Source: Massalongia carnosa (taxonomy: Eukaryota). Taken from it: a stretch of 64,000 nucleotides of DNA. Under the pieces are notes generated by a model, which saw only the letters and a program-made list of their open reading frames with translations, did no database searches and was not told the origin of the DNA. Numbering within the stretch: position 1 is the first letter of the stretch; every line of letters starts with the position of its first letter. The translations under genes were made by a program, and so were the position numbers. The DNA lies in the NCBI GenBank assembly GCA_965645245.1, contig OZ287079.1, forward strand, positions 1,736,001 through 1,800,000, written 5' to 3'. Positions 13,642 to 25,997 of the stretch are shown here, piece after piece.

Positions 13642-16600
13642 GGCGGACTTCCTTCGCAGGGAGGAAACCATGAAATACGGCATCCTGGCCATCCAGGAAC
13701 CCTGGGCGGGGAACCCCTATCAACACACCACGCACAATCCGGTCAAAAATGTTTTTCACCTTCTCTATCCCCCTGAAACAGGAGAACAAGAGCTCCCTCC
13801 GAGAGTATGCATGTTCGTCAACAAAGACATAGCAAGCGCCTCTTGAAAGGTAACCTTCCACTCTCCCGATCTGATGACTTTGCACTTGGAATTTCCTGGC
13901 GAAACCCAGCGAGTCATCAATATCCATAACATCTACAATCCCTCCCCCTCTCAGGGAAACTACAGCACCTTGCCAGACCTAAGCAAGGCCCTAGAGGTGG
14001 AGGGAGAACACATAGTGGTAGGGGACTTCAATCTTCACCATCCCCTATGGACTGGCGAAGACTACCATCATCAACATCCGGAGGCAGACCAACTACTGGA
14101 GATTCTCGATCAAAGCGAGCTAGAACTTCTGCTCCCCCCTGGCACTATAACATACGATCATAGATCAGCACAGAGCACGATAGACTTAACGTTCGCAACC
14201 CCCGTAGTGGCTTCAGCCGTACTCATGTACGATGTGAGAAGAGAGTTGGATAGTGACTCAGATCACTACCCATTGGCACAGCATTCGATATCACCACAGT
14301 TAAGAGGGCCATAAGGTCCTCTCGCATGTGGTCTAAGACTGATAGGAAAAAGCTACTAGACACGATGACAGACAAGCTCCCGGCACCTAGGAGCGTGAGC
14401 ACAGTTCAAGAACTCGACAACTTGGCCCATGAGTTAGTTGAAGCTATCCAGCACGCAGTGGAGACAGCAGTCCCACTTTCTAGAGGGTGCAATCATTCAA
14501 AACCTGGCTTTACCCCGGAATGCAAAGAGGCAGTCACCCTATGCAGACGTCTCAGGCGCAAGCATAAGGAAACGCGCTCTCTGGAAGACTGGGAAGCCTA
14601 CCGAGAGGCGAGAAACAGCAAAAACAAAATCGTACAAAAAGCTCTCAAGACAACACATAGGCACATGGTAGAGGAGGCCAACAGCACTCCAGATGGTCTC
14701 TGGAAGCTTGCGAAATGGGCTAAGAACAGGTCGACCCCATTCCAAGCCTTCACCCCAACCCTAATGAAAAGCGATGGCTCCAAAGTGACGGAGGCCTCGG
14801 GCAAGGCTGAACTGCTTCGCAGACAGTTTTTTCCTATCCCGGACGCCACCAATCTTGAAGACATCGCCGATTATCACTATCCAGAGCCAATCCAATTTGC
14901 TCCCATCTCAGCTCGGGAAATAACTAAAGCCATCACAAAGGCAGGCACCACTCTTGGCCCCAGGCCCCGACGGACTGCCTAATAGAATCCTCAGAGATGT
15001 GTTACCGCTCATCATGCCCACACTTGTAGCTCTGTATAACGCCAGCTGGGAACTGGGTCATCACCCCAATGCTTTCAGAGAATCCACCACGGTGGTTCTC
15101 AGAGAACCAGCTAAGGCCGACTACAGTTTGTCGAATTCATACAGACCCATAGCCTTGATCAGCACTTTAGGTAAGACTATGGAGAAGATCATTGCGACCA
15201 GAATCAGTCACGCGGTGGAGACCGAGAGCCTACTCCCCAGACTCCATATAGGCGGCAGGCGAGCTAGATCACCCGAACACGCCTCCATCTGCTCCTAGAG
15301 GCCATCCACGCAGCCTGGCTTAACAACGAAGTGGCCACAGTGCTCATGCTGGACATCTCGGGTGCTTACGATAACGTATCCCACAAAAGACTACTGCACA
15401 ACCTACGGAAGAGAAGAATAGGCAGCAACATAGCTAAATGGATCGAAAGCTTCCTTCAGGAAAGGAAAACGACCATCGACATGCCCGACTACACCTCGCA
15501 ACCATTCACCACGAACTTTGGAGTCCCTCAGAGATCCCCTATATCTCCTATTCTTTATCTTTATCTCTTCTACAACGCCGACCTTATGGAAGAGGAAGGG
15601 CCCAGAAAGATGAACTTGGGCTATGTTGATGACATATCCAAACTAATTATTGGAACTTCTGCAGAACAGAACTGTAGAAATCTCGAAGCCTCGTTCATGA
15701 CGAGGGAGCAGAAATGGGCGGACACACACGCCTCCAAATTTGCCCCGGCCAAATTCCAGCTCTTGCACTTTATCAAAGGACCCTCAGAGACGGATTTGAA
15801 CCCCCGGGAGAGAGCTATCTCCCTAGCGGGCAAAACCATCATGCCACAGCATACCGCCACCTACCTGGGCGCCACATTCGACGACAAGCTCAAATGGCAC
15901 GCCCATTTAAGGAAACTGGAAGCCAAAACCTCAAAGAGACTGGGGGCCCTAGGCAGCCTTGCGGGCTCCACATGGGGCACCAGTCTTGCGAGCCTTCGAA
16001 GGATCTATCAAGCCACCATACTACCGCAACTCACCTTTGGATGCTCTGCATGGTATGTTCCCGAGGGCGGATACGGGACTATCACGCAAGCAACCGCCGT
16101 GCTCAAAGCCGTCAGATCTATTCAGCGACGGGCGGCACTGATCATTTCAGGGACATTTAGAACAACCTCGGGCCCGGCCTTGGATATGGAGCTTTACCTC
16201 CTGCCTGGCCGGCAACGCATGGAGCAGGCAGTGAACGAGTCACTACTGCGCATACGTTCAAGCCCCCTTTACGCCATAATACGTGAGATCCGCGCCTGGA
16301 CAAGCCAAGCGAACTCCCACTATCGATACTGGAGTCCTCTAGCTAAGCTAGAGTCCCGCTTAATGACTTCGGGGAAATGCCCTCAACCCTGGCGGTTAGA
16401 GGTCATTCTTCCATTCATAGTGGAACCATGGTGGTCTCCCCCCAAAACGCACATTGCTTCCAGTAAAGAGGAAGCAATCAAAGAGCATGACAAGATGACA
16501 TCAGAGCCAAACAAAATAGTCATATACACGGATGGGAGTGATAACCCCTTCGGAGTTGGTGCGGCAGCGGTCATCCCCAGCGACAACACACGGGTAGGAA

Positions 16601-17784
16601 CCCGCCTCGGAACGAACAAAGAAGCCACAGTTTACCTCGCGGAACTAGTGGGCATCGACCTAGGACTGGCGGCGGCTATTGCACGATGGCAAGGGGAGAT
16701 AATAACGGTTTTTGCAGATAATCAATCAGCCATCAAATCAGTAGCCGACCCCGGAACTCAATCAGGTCAGTTCATACTACGCGAGATCATTGGAAAACTC
16801 CACGCATGCCGGGAGATGCAGGCAGAGTCAGACTCTGCTGGATACCTGGGCATATGGGAGTAGAAGGCAACGATATAGCAGACCAAGCAGCAAAAGAAGC
16901 ATCAGGCTGGTTAGAACCTGGCCAGAGACCCTCCATCACCCACTTCGACTTCCTCGGACACACAGTGAAGTCGGCGATAAAACGCAACATGAGGACAATG
17001 ATCAGCAAAGAATGGGCTGGGGATTGGGAGGCAGAAAAACGCGGACAGATGACGAAAAAGCTCCTCCTCCAGCCCACTAACAAGGTCTTGCAGCTCTACC
17101 AGGGGCTTCACAAGTCAATGAGTTCACCCTGGTGTAGATGAGAATAGGTAAGATTGGTCTCCGCAAGTATCTCTCAGATATAGGCCGCACCGAAACGGGC
17201 GAATGTCCATGCGGCTTCGGTTATCAAAAAGTTCATCATGTGCTTCTGGAGTGCGTCAGGCACCATCGATTGCGCATGGAGACTATCTGGATAGGCCGGA
17301 AGGTATTCGATCTCCAAGAAATTTTTAGCACCCCCAGACTGGCCAAGGCAGCATCCAAATCCATGCTATCCTCACGTCTCCTCGGCCAATTTGGAGACGT
17401 GAGGATAGCAACCGAACAATCCACGAGTTAACGGCAGGCCGGCTCTTGTTTTATCCCGCTCACAGAATAGTCTCTACCATGGTAGGGCTTGCATGTATCA
17501 ACACCAAGCACAGGGGCCCAGGAGGGTGGCGTTGGAGTTCTATTTATCGATTTGTCTTGTCCCTCTGTTCGTGTCTTCTTTTCCCTCTTCCTTGCATTCG
17601 CAACCCCTTGTACAGCTAAAAGAGTTTTTGTATTTTTTGTACTTTCAGCGCTTAGTGCAGCAATTCTGCCCTCAGCAGACTTAGATACCCATCCCCTGGG
17701 GCACCCCCCGATGTAGTTTAGCACTCCCGCATAAGAGCCTTCAGCCCTTAGATCAGTGTATGAATCAATCAATCAATCAATCAA
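13642..17784 (+). mobile_element. Tad1-like LINE, 5'-truncated, APE-RT-RNase H-CCHC, several frameshifts
   Basis: AIQEPW, GDFNLHHP, SDHYP (APE); PGPDG, YRPIAL, LDISGAYD, YVDD (RT); YTDGS and WIPGHMGVEGN (RNase H); CPCG...HHVLLEC; (AATC)5 tail at 17763-17782. Confidence 0.93.
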
Positions 17785-17957
17785 CAGCTGAGCTTGTGGG
17801 GGTGTTTTCGTACATCGCTAGCAGCATTAGCCTGCGGAGTACACTGACTCACCTGCAGGTGATCCACTGGGAAGCATGATATTATACTGGAGTATGTGAG
17901 AGTTATTTAATTTCTCTTTATCATGTGGGAGTGCTATTTCAGTGCCTGAAGTCGGAG

Positions 17958-18161
17958 TGTTAGAATGTACAAATCAGGCTACTTCATTTCAGCCGCACTC
18001 ACCTTCTACCGCACGCGTATGGCGCACGCTAATTGTTAGACGTATCGCTAGTCTAATACTAGGATACCGTACATTGTCTTTAAATCTAGCTATTCCCACT
18101 ATATACGTAGAACAAAAGCCAGCGTTCTATCCTCTATCTACTATACTGCCTTTTGATACCA
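17958..18161. mobile_element. Probable solo LTR, 204 bp
   Basis: TG...CA ends, non-coding, second copy at 3089; no TSD. Confidence 0.55.
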
Positions 18162-20477
18162 GCATCGCCGCACTGTCCAATGATCATCACCAGGTCAGAA
18201 GTGTCGAAGGCCCTGCATCGGCTCAAGCCCGATAAAGCACCGGGTCCTGACGGCATATCTATAGAGTATTCAAGGCATGCGCGGAAAAACTTGTTGAACT
18301 ATTAACACCTCTGTTTCAGGCGTGCGTTACACTTTCGTACCATCCCCGAGCCTTCAAAATGGCACACACAATAGCATTAAGAAAAATAGACAAAGGGAAT
18401 TACACCACCCCAAAGGCTTACCGACCAATTGCATTACTCAACACGCTCAGCAAAGTAATGGAATCTATCATAGGATCAAAAATAACCTATTTAGCGGAAA
18501 CACATCGGCTCCTACCCGACACACAGATGGGAGCGAGAAAGGGCAGATCTACAGAATCAGCTCTGGAGTTGTTAACCGAACAGGTTCACACGATTTGGGG
18601 ACAAGGAAAAGATAAAGTAGCCACACTTTTAAGCATGGACGTCGCCGGCACGTTTGATATAGTTTCACATCAAAGACTAACGCACAATCTACGTAAAAGA
18701 AAAATCCCGAAATGGATTACTGATTGGTTAAACAGCTTTTTAAATGATCGTAGCACAACTCTAGCTATAAATCGAAAAGCGACCGGACGATTCGCGTTGA
18801 GAACCGGCATACCACAGGGCTCCCCTCTCTCATCCATCCTTTATCTATTCTATAATGCAGACCTATTGGAAATATGTGAGCGACCAGGCACAAACACAAG
18901 TGCCATAGGATTTGTAGACGATGCCAACATTTTGGCATACGGAAAATGCACCGAAGAGAAATGCAAGACTCTGGAGTCAATAAACAGACAATGCGAAAAG
19001 TGGGCTTCCCGACACGGATCTCTATTCGCTCCGACGAAGTACGAACTCAGTCACTTGTCTAGAAATCCCAAAAGATTCAATATGGCTGCATCTATCAACA
19101 TTGCAAGCACCGAAATTGAACCAAAAACGGACATTAGAGTCTTAGGCTTGCAAATTGACACCAAATTGAAATGGGGACCGCACGTTCGCAAAACGCAAAA
19201 GAAAATGGTTAAACAATCCATGGCATTGACAAAAATCTCCACATCGACTTGGGGTGTCACCTTCACCAAAGCAAGGCAGGTTTACAGCGCCGTAGTGCGT
19301 CCGGTCATGACATACGGGTCAACCGTATGGCACATGCCCAAAGAAGTCAAAAAGTCAAAACGTCAACGAGCAAGCTCTCCGTTATGCAAAATAACTGCCT
19401 TCGCACCATAGCCGGTGCCTTTAAAGCCACTTCTAATCCAGTTCTTGAAGCAGAGACATACATAGCACCCATAGATATACACCTCGACACGCTACAGGCG
19501 CAGGCCAGACATTGACTCCGAGCGGGAGGTCAATCGAAGGTCATTTCTTCCGCATGCAGCAAAATAGTTAACAAACTCCGAGGCAAGGCAGGTCGCAAAC
19601 GCCTTCAAAAATCCACTCCGGGAGAGCTGAAGCACACCTGGGCCAAAAACCTACTGATCGACGCAAAAATCGTTCAACCACCCAAAGCACACCCACCATG
19701 GTCCGACCCCTCCCCAGCGCATCTCCGCGAAGTCTCCGTAGCAGCGTTGGCTCGTCAAAAACAAATGCTAACAGTTAAAGCACGACAGCTGAAAGTCTGG
19801 AACGACTCGTGGAGCGCATATCAAAATCGCGTCACCGAACCCTCCATAGTGCAATTAGTCCCACTGAGCAAAAAACGACTGAAAATACACACGTTGCTAA
19901 AAATGGCAGAAAGCGCCCTGACAATACAGATCCGCACCGGTAAGATCGCTCTAGCTGACTTCCTCTACCAGCGACGGATCCCCGCCGTCACCTCACCGGC
20001 CTGCCCATGTGGCTAGCACAGACAAACTCCAGAACACGTAATTATGTTCTGTAGACTTATTCACAATAGAGAACAGATGTTTCGCGCCGCTGGCACGAAT
20101 AACTATCAACAGCTGACCGAAACATCAAAAACTCTAAAGATATTAACTACTTGGCTAATGAAAACAGGTCTACTGACCCAATTCTCACTGGCATCTACAC
20201 TATTGTACAATTAAAAGTAGTTTCACTTCTCTTTTCCTTCTTATCTCACAAGGCGTCACAGTTCTCACTTGATTTTCGCTCTGCGTCTCCTGTCCGACGT
20301 TGACCCGGTGTCACATCGGACAGGTATCAAGGGATATGGTTTTTACTCCTGAAAAAGATTTTCCATGTAACATAACTTAGATAGCTATGCCCGCATGGGC
20401 CGGCCTACGGCCGGCGACATATCGGAGTATGAATACATCATTATGATCCTGAAATTAAATAAATCAAATCAAATCAA
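18162..20477 (+). mobile_element. Second Tad1-like LINE family, 5'-truncated, no recognisable RNase H
   Basis: KAPGPDG, YRPIALL, PQGSPLS, FVDD; C-terminal CPCG*HRQTPEHVIMFC; (AAATC)3 tail at 20461-20475. Confidence 0.9.
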
Positions 20478-20982
20478 CTCGTTTTTAATTCTTCAACTAG
20501 TGAAACGCAGCCACCTTGTGTTTATTGCTATTCTAGTGTTTGGGCAAAGTCCTGACCCTAGGGTGTGGCATGACACCGTTCGTGCGCCGTCCGCACCGGG
20601 TACGGAGCCGCAACGGGTAGGCTACGGGGTCCATGGACGCTGTAGATGCGAACCCTGGGGTCAAGACATACTCCATCTATCTAAGCGACAGACTGGGTAG
20701 GAGAGGGCGGGTGGGAGAAACAGCGAAACACGATTTTTGATGAGTGTTGATGAGGAAAGAGAGAAGAGATGGGGGGATGGAGGAGGTGAAGAGTTTTTCA
20801 CCTCCCTGCTAGCGTCCGGCCATATCCCGCTTACACGCCTGGTGCCGTCCGTCACGGTGACAACTTCACTAGCCCCCAGCAAGCTGGTGCGTTTGGTCGC
20901 ATCGAATTGAATCTTCAATCCGATTCGTTATCGGGTTAGGTTCGATTAGTTAAAACCCGACCTTACCTGATACATTAGGCGG

Positions 20983-21184
20983 TGTAAGCTTGGGTACTCT
21001 GATCACGTTCATACTCTGACGGCATACGGATTCTGACTGCATCAGAACTATAGACTTAATAGACACACTCTGACTGCATAAGTACCTAAAAATTCTGAGT
21101 ACATGAGGATCCTGACTGTATTAAAAAATCTTATTGTGTCTCACTACTTGACCTCTCTTATGCACATTCAGCCCAAGGTTGACA
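20983..21184. mobile_element. Probable solo LTR, 202 bp
   Basis: Ends TGTAAGCTTGGG and CCCAAGGTTGACA form an imperfect inverted repeat; internal repeats of CTCTGAC; no TSD. Confidence 0.5.
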
Positions 21185-21374
21185 ATGATTGGATTTTACA
21201 TAGCTCGCCTAGATTATGTTATCCGTGGTCAACGTCATTTGAAATCTCAACGAAAAGTTGACGACTATAATACAACCATCCCACACATCACAGAGAGTGA
21301 CATAATAAGCTTCTGATTATTAAATCTTCGACTCTAGACTTCTTAGTACGAAAGTGTGTTGATCTTTACTAGAT

Positions 21375-22803
21375 TTAGCTTAAATGATCCTGTGATGCAG
21401 TTGTTGGCAACGCTGCCTCGATCACACCGTGTTTGGCCCCGTTCGCACGCCATATCTTTCGAATCACAAGTCCAGATGCCTCTATCAGTTCGCCCCATTG
21501 CCTCTCGGTTCGTTCCATCCCTCCAAAGCTCATCATGTTGAGATCCTGCAAGGCTATATCTCTCGGTGCCTGTGTATTCGGCAAAACCATGTCGGCGATG
21601 ATGATTCGAGACTGCGCGGTCATGGCAACTCTCGTGTTCGTTAGTATCTCCTGCGCCTTGCGTTGATCCCAGTCGTGAAAGATTCTACGGAAATAGTAAG
21701 CTCGGGCTCCTAATTAAGTCATTACAAATCAGTATATCACCGATCAAAGGATTCGCAAGGCATTCGCTGGAAAGGTTACTTACCTTGAATATGTTGTGGC
21801 TCGAAAAATGAAGCCACGTCGGTTTCAATGAATGGTGGCAAGCCGTTTAATTTTGCGTCATCGATCACGTCAGGTAGATCCTGCAAGATCAGTCTTCCCT
21901 TGATGTGGGGATAATCTTGTTTGATAGCCTCAAGGGACTGGCCACGCCCTCCACCAACATCAACAATCAACACTTCGTTGTCGTGAATTGGCTTTTTGTT
22001 CAACTCCTCCCCAAAAGGGTACGCCCCGGAGAGTCTCCCATTCCCGACCGTAGTCTGAGAACGCATTCCGGAATTGAAAAGCTGCATGCGTTCTGGGATA
22101 TCATTCAAATATTCCCAAAAGCCAAGTTCTGTTCGTGCACCTAGCTGGAAGGGTCCATCTGAATAATTGCCATTGCTCTGCCACTCGGTTTTGATTCCGT
22201 ACTCAGGAAGGGCGAAAACCCCTTTGCAAGTGAAATCGTACATCTGAGCCATCATGTCACGGTTCTCAGATCTAAGGTAAGCTCGTGATAAGTTATTATG
22301 AGTATAGCGTTCTTCACAAGTCTCGAGTAGAATATGAGTGCTGGTGCAAGCCCGGAGGATGCGAACTATAGGTTTTCCGTCAAACATATCAGACAAATCG
22401 GGCCAGTGGTATTTTACCAAGTAGTTGCTTGTTCACCTGAAGCTTTCTTGCTAGCGTTTCGGCGCTGATGCTGGTTCCATCACTAGGTATCCCTTCAAAG
22501 ACGTGTATAGCTATAGCGCAACGAATTGCAGCGTTCTGGGCAATCTAGTAAAGGAGATCAAAGCGAGAGTCACCTTCACGGATACAGAGTATCATGTTCT
22601 GCATGGAATACTTGGAGACTCACCTGCGTTGCTATATAATACACATTTTCTTCTGGCTCTCTTGCCGCAATAGCAAGCTTTTCTGCGCTTTGAATAATCT
22701 CATACCTCTGTCTCTCCGACAAAGGATAGGAATCTGTTAACTCCTTCCCAGCAGCCTCGAGAGTTCCAAGGAGAAAACGAATCTGGTCTGTATCAATCGG
22801 CAT
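21375..22803 (-). CDS. SAM-dependent O-methyltransferase (Methyltransf_2 / fungal OMT type), 4 exons, about 407 aa, intact
   Basis: Exons 22803-22624, 22544-22418, 22365-21784, 21709-21375 splice in frame. Motifs: VDVGGGRG, LQDLP, FFEPQ, YYFRRIFHDW, GMERTERQW. Confidence 0.93.
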
Positions 22804-23354
22804 AGCTGAAAAAGATGTTCTGTGTTTGTTCCCGAACGTTGAACTTGACGCTTGTAGGTAGCTTGACAAGTAGTAAATAAAAAGTAGATCGTGAAAAATA
22901 GGAATAGTGCGAGATGCAGTAAGATATATATACATAATCATGTCAACAGAAATATCAAGCGAAATATCAGAATTCTGCGGCCTTTAGTCATATTACGGTT
23001 CGATTGTTACTTCTTTACTTCTAATCTTTCTTTTAATTCGATCTTCGAAACATCTTACAATTCTAATTCTCAAAGATAAATCACTTCAATTTTCGAATTA
23101 TTCGTACGACTCTACAAGGAATAAATCGAAGGTTGAATAAAATGCAAATAATAAAAAATATATTTCTAAAATAAAATATTATGATTAAAATTGATTCTTG
23201 TACCGATCTGACACCAGCCGAAGGCCGGCCCTTGCGGGCTGTCTACTTATTCTTACAGGGAAAACCTTTTAAAGGATAAAAACCATGCAGACTGCGCTAT
23301 TATCCCAAACGTGTTCCGTTTCTAGACTGCATTCTTCGCTCGATGTTCTGTGAA

Positions 23355-23608
23355 ATCCTTGACAAAGTATGACTTTTAAAGTAATAAAAACTTTGCTTAC
23401 TAATCATCATTTCTTGATGACTAATTTTCAAAATTTTCAAAATTTTCAAATGTGTTTAAAACGTCTAAAAAACACGTTTAAATTGACACAAAAAATCGAC
23501 TGGGTTGAACGGGTCAAACGGGTTAACCCGGGAACGGTTTCCCAACCCGGTAGCGGGTCGGGTTCAACTCGATAAAACCCGACCCAACCAGACCCGTTGC
23601 GCGGCGTA
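23355..23608 (-). mobile_element. Partial inverted copy of the hAT-type MITE at 24070
   Basis: Reverse complement of about 24070-24285 including the TIR CCCGTTGCGCGGCGTA. Confidence 0.75.
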
Positions 23609-24069
23609 GTGCAGCGCAGCCCTGCGAGCCTTGGCGCGCTAGGAAGTACATAATAGCCATGTAGACAGATCTCAATAGAACACACCTTCATGCAGTCTTC
23701 TCTCCTCTTACCTGATATACTATTAAACTGGTTATGAGCCCGCCTTAGCATGAGACTTCCCCTTGTTGGCATGGATAAAGGGAGATGTGTGCGTGTCCGC
23801 GGTCAGAGCGCGTGATTACTCTGAATTCAGGCAGCTTTTTACTGTCTCTTTTGGTAAGAGAGAATTAGCGCTTCGGCAACTGATTACGAGTCTCTTGAGG
23901 GTCAAGAGACAAATCAGGTGAAAACGGCAGCTTGATAGGTATCTTTAGCGGAAGACAAACAAGCCAAATCGGCGACGATGAGAGGTCGCAAAATCTAATA
24001 TTCACTCCGCCATCTAGCGACATAGTTGAACCTACCAACCGCCTCGTCGCTGTTCAAACTCGATACAGT

Positions 24070-24453
24070 TACGCTGTGCAACGGGTCGGGTCGGGTTGGG
24101 GAACCGTTTCCCGGTTAACCCGTTTGACCCGTTCGACCCGGTCGATTTATTATGTCAATTTTAAACGTGTTTTTTTAGACGGTTTATATATATTTGAAAA
24201 TTCTGAAAATTCTAGAAATTAGTCATCAAGAAATGATGATTAGTAAGCAAAAATTTTATCACTTCAAACGTTATATTTTTGTCGAATTTTCATATTTAAT
24301 TTGCAGAAACAACTGACCGGGTTGAATGGTTTAACCCGGAAACCCGGATAAAAAACCCGAACCCGTGGGGTCGGGTTCAAGGGGGTCCAACCCGACCCAA
24401 ACCCGACGGGTTGGGTAACCTGACTGGTTTAACCGAACCCGTTGCGCGGCGTA
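24070..24453. mobile_element. hAT-type MITE, 384 bp
   Basis: 16-bp TIR TACGCYGYGCAACGGG; flanks GATACAGT / GATATAGT (8-bp TSD, one transition); many subterminal ACCCG/CGGGT motifs. Confidence 0.85.
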
Positions 24454-24968
24454 GATATAGTTCCCAAATGACTACCTTTTCGACTTCAATTATCGATCGG
24501 TTTTTATGAAGCCCTCCAGATCGATTTCTTTTCTAACACATCGACTACTAGCTATTTAGCTACTACTATCGATGTCCTTCGTCGAAAACAGTCTTAACCT
24601 CAGTGATCAATTCGCACAAAAACTTACCCATAACCCAATTTATTCGAACTTTATCTCGACCTTCGGTCTAATATTAATTTCAGACCTTTATTCCTTTTTT
24701 TAGAGATTACGACCTCCGCCTACACGACATTCTCAGGCAAAATCCCTAACTATCATCATTTTATCTTCCGGATATGGTTTCACCTAGTGCCGTGGGGGTG
24801 ATAGGGGATAAATGAAGGGGGTACCGCAGGGTGCCCGGGACTACGGATATAAGAGAGCAGATAGGCTGCCATCATAGCGGGAGGACTCCGTACAAGGAAT
24901 AGGAAACACCCATCGGGTATAGGAAGAGACTGACATGAGAAGCAGACAGCTGCTATAATGGAGGGGAT

Positions 24969-25148
24969 AAGGGAGTATAACTCGAATAGGGGAGCAGATA
25001 CCCTGCTACCATGAAGGGAGTACAACTCGAATAGGGGAGCAGATGCCCTGCTACTATGAAGAGAGTACAACCCGAATGGGGGAGCAGATATCCTGCCACC
25101 ATGAAGGGAGTATAACCCGAATGGGGAAGCAGATGCCCTGCCATCATG
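24969..25148. repeat. 45-bp tandem repeat, 4 copies, with degenerate copies upstream
   Basis: Unit AAGGGAGTAYAAYYCGAATRGGGRAGCAGATRYCCTGCYAYYATG; differences between units are transitions. Confidence 0.85.
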
Positions 25149-25161
25149 ATGGGAATAAAAC

Positions 25162-25385
25162 TTCGCCGCGCAACGGGTCGGGTTTCTCTACTGATAACCC
25201 AACCCGTTTGTGGCGAACCCTATGATTTATGGTGTCCGGGTTAAGTTTTGAAAGAAAAATCCGGAGGCGAAAAAGCAGTTTTGTGGCGAAAACACAACCC
25301 GTTGCGCGGCGTATAAATAACCCGAACCTGCCCCGAAAACCCGACTCAAACCCTTCGGGTTTAACTCATCCCGTTGCGCGATGTA
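25162..25385. mobile_element. Short related hAT-MITE derivatives
   Basis: Same TIR at 25162 and in reverse at about 25298-25313 and 25370-25385; TSD unclear. Confidence 0.6.
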
Positions 25386-25997
25386 TTCGTTTTTAGTGTT
25401 TTTATATACTAGTGTTAGATATATCATAATTTATATATCTTATAATTATATTATATTTTTAACGAATTATTTTAATATATACTTTAATTGAATCGTTACA
25501 AAAATATCTACGACAATCGTTGATAAAGCTCTCGTTTTATGGAATTGAATCACGAAATAACTTCGAGACTCTATCACGATTATATTACAAGAGAAGTAGA
25601 AAACGCGAGGTTATATTAGAAATAATTCGATCTTTCGAATGATTTGTTCTTGTTGTATCTTACTTGTATTCGTTTATGATGTTTCTATAGTCTTGTCTTT
25701 AGATGAACCGTAGCGAATGTAACTCTCCTATTATCCGTGTATATTATCAGATAACCGCGTGTGTGTATAAAATCAATTTGCAAGGATCGGATTCCTTATG
25801 AATAAAGCATTCCGCGGCCTCCGTGATATAGCCAAGGCTTACATGAATGACCCACCAAATCATCCTCCTAAGCTCACGTCATCTCCGGGCAGGTGTACTT
25901 TCATCAGGGTTGATTTTGCTTAGACTTCTAGTCGTTCCGGGTCGTGTTCTTTTCTCCATGCTTTCAGATCAGTTGTAAATTAGCCCTCCTATTTCAC

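Noticed and set aside
18150..18161. Met-tRNA PBS (TGGTATCA on the minus strand)
   Set aside because: No LTR or gag in the required positions; better explained as the end of the short LTR-like repeat.
24969..25148. CRISPR-like array
   Set aside because: The units are contiguous with no unique spacers, there are no cas genes, and the context is eukaryotic.
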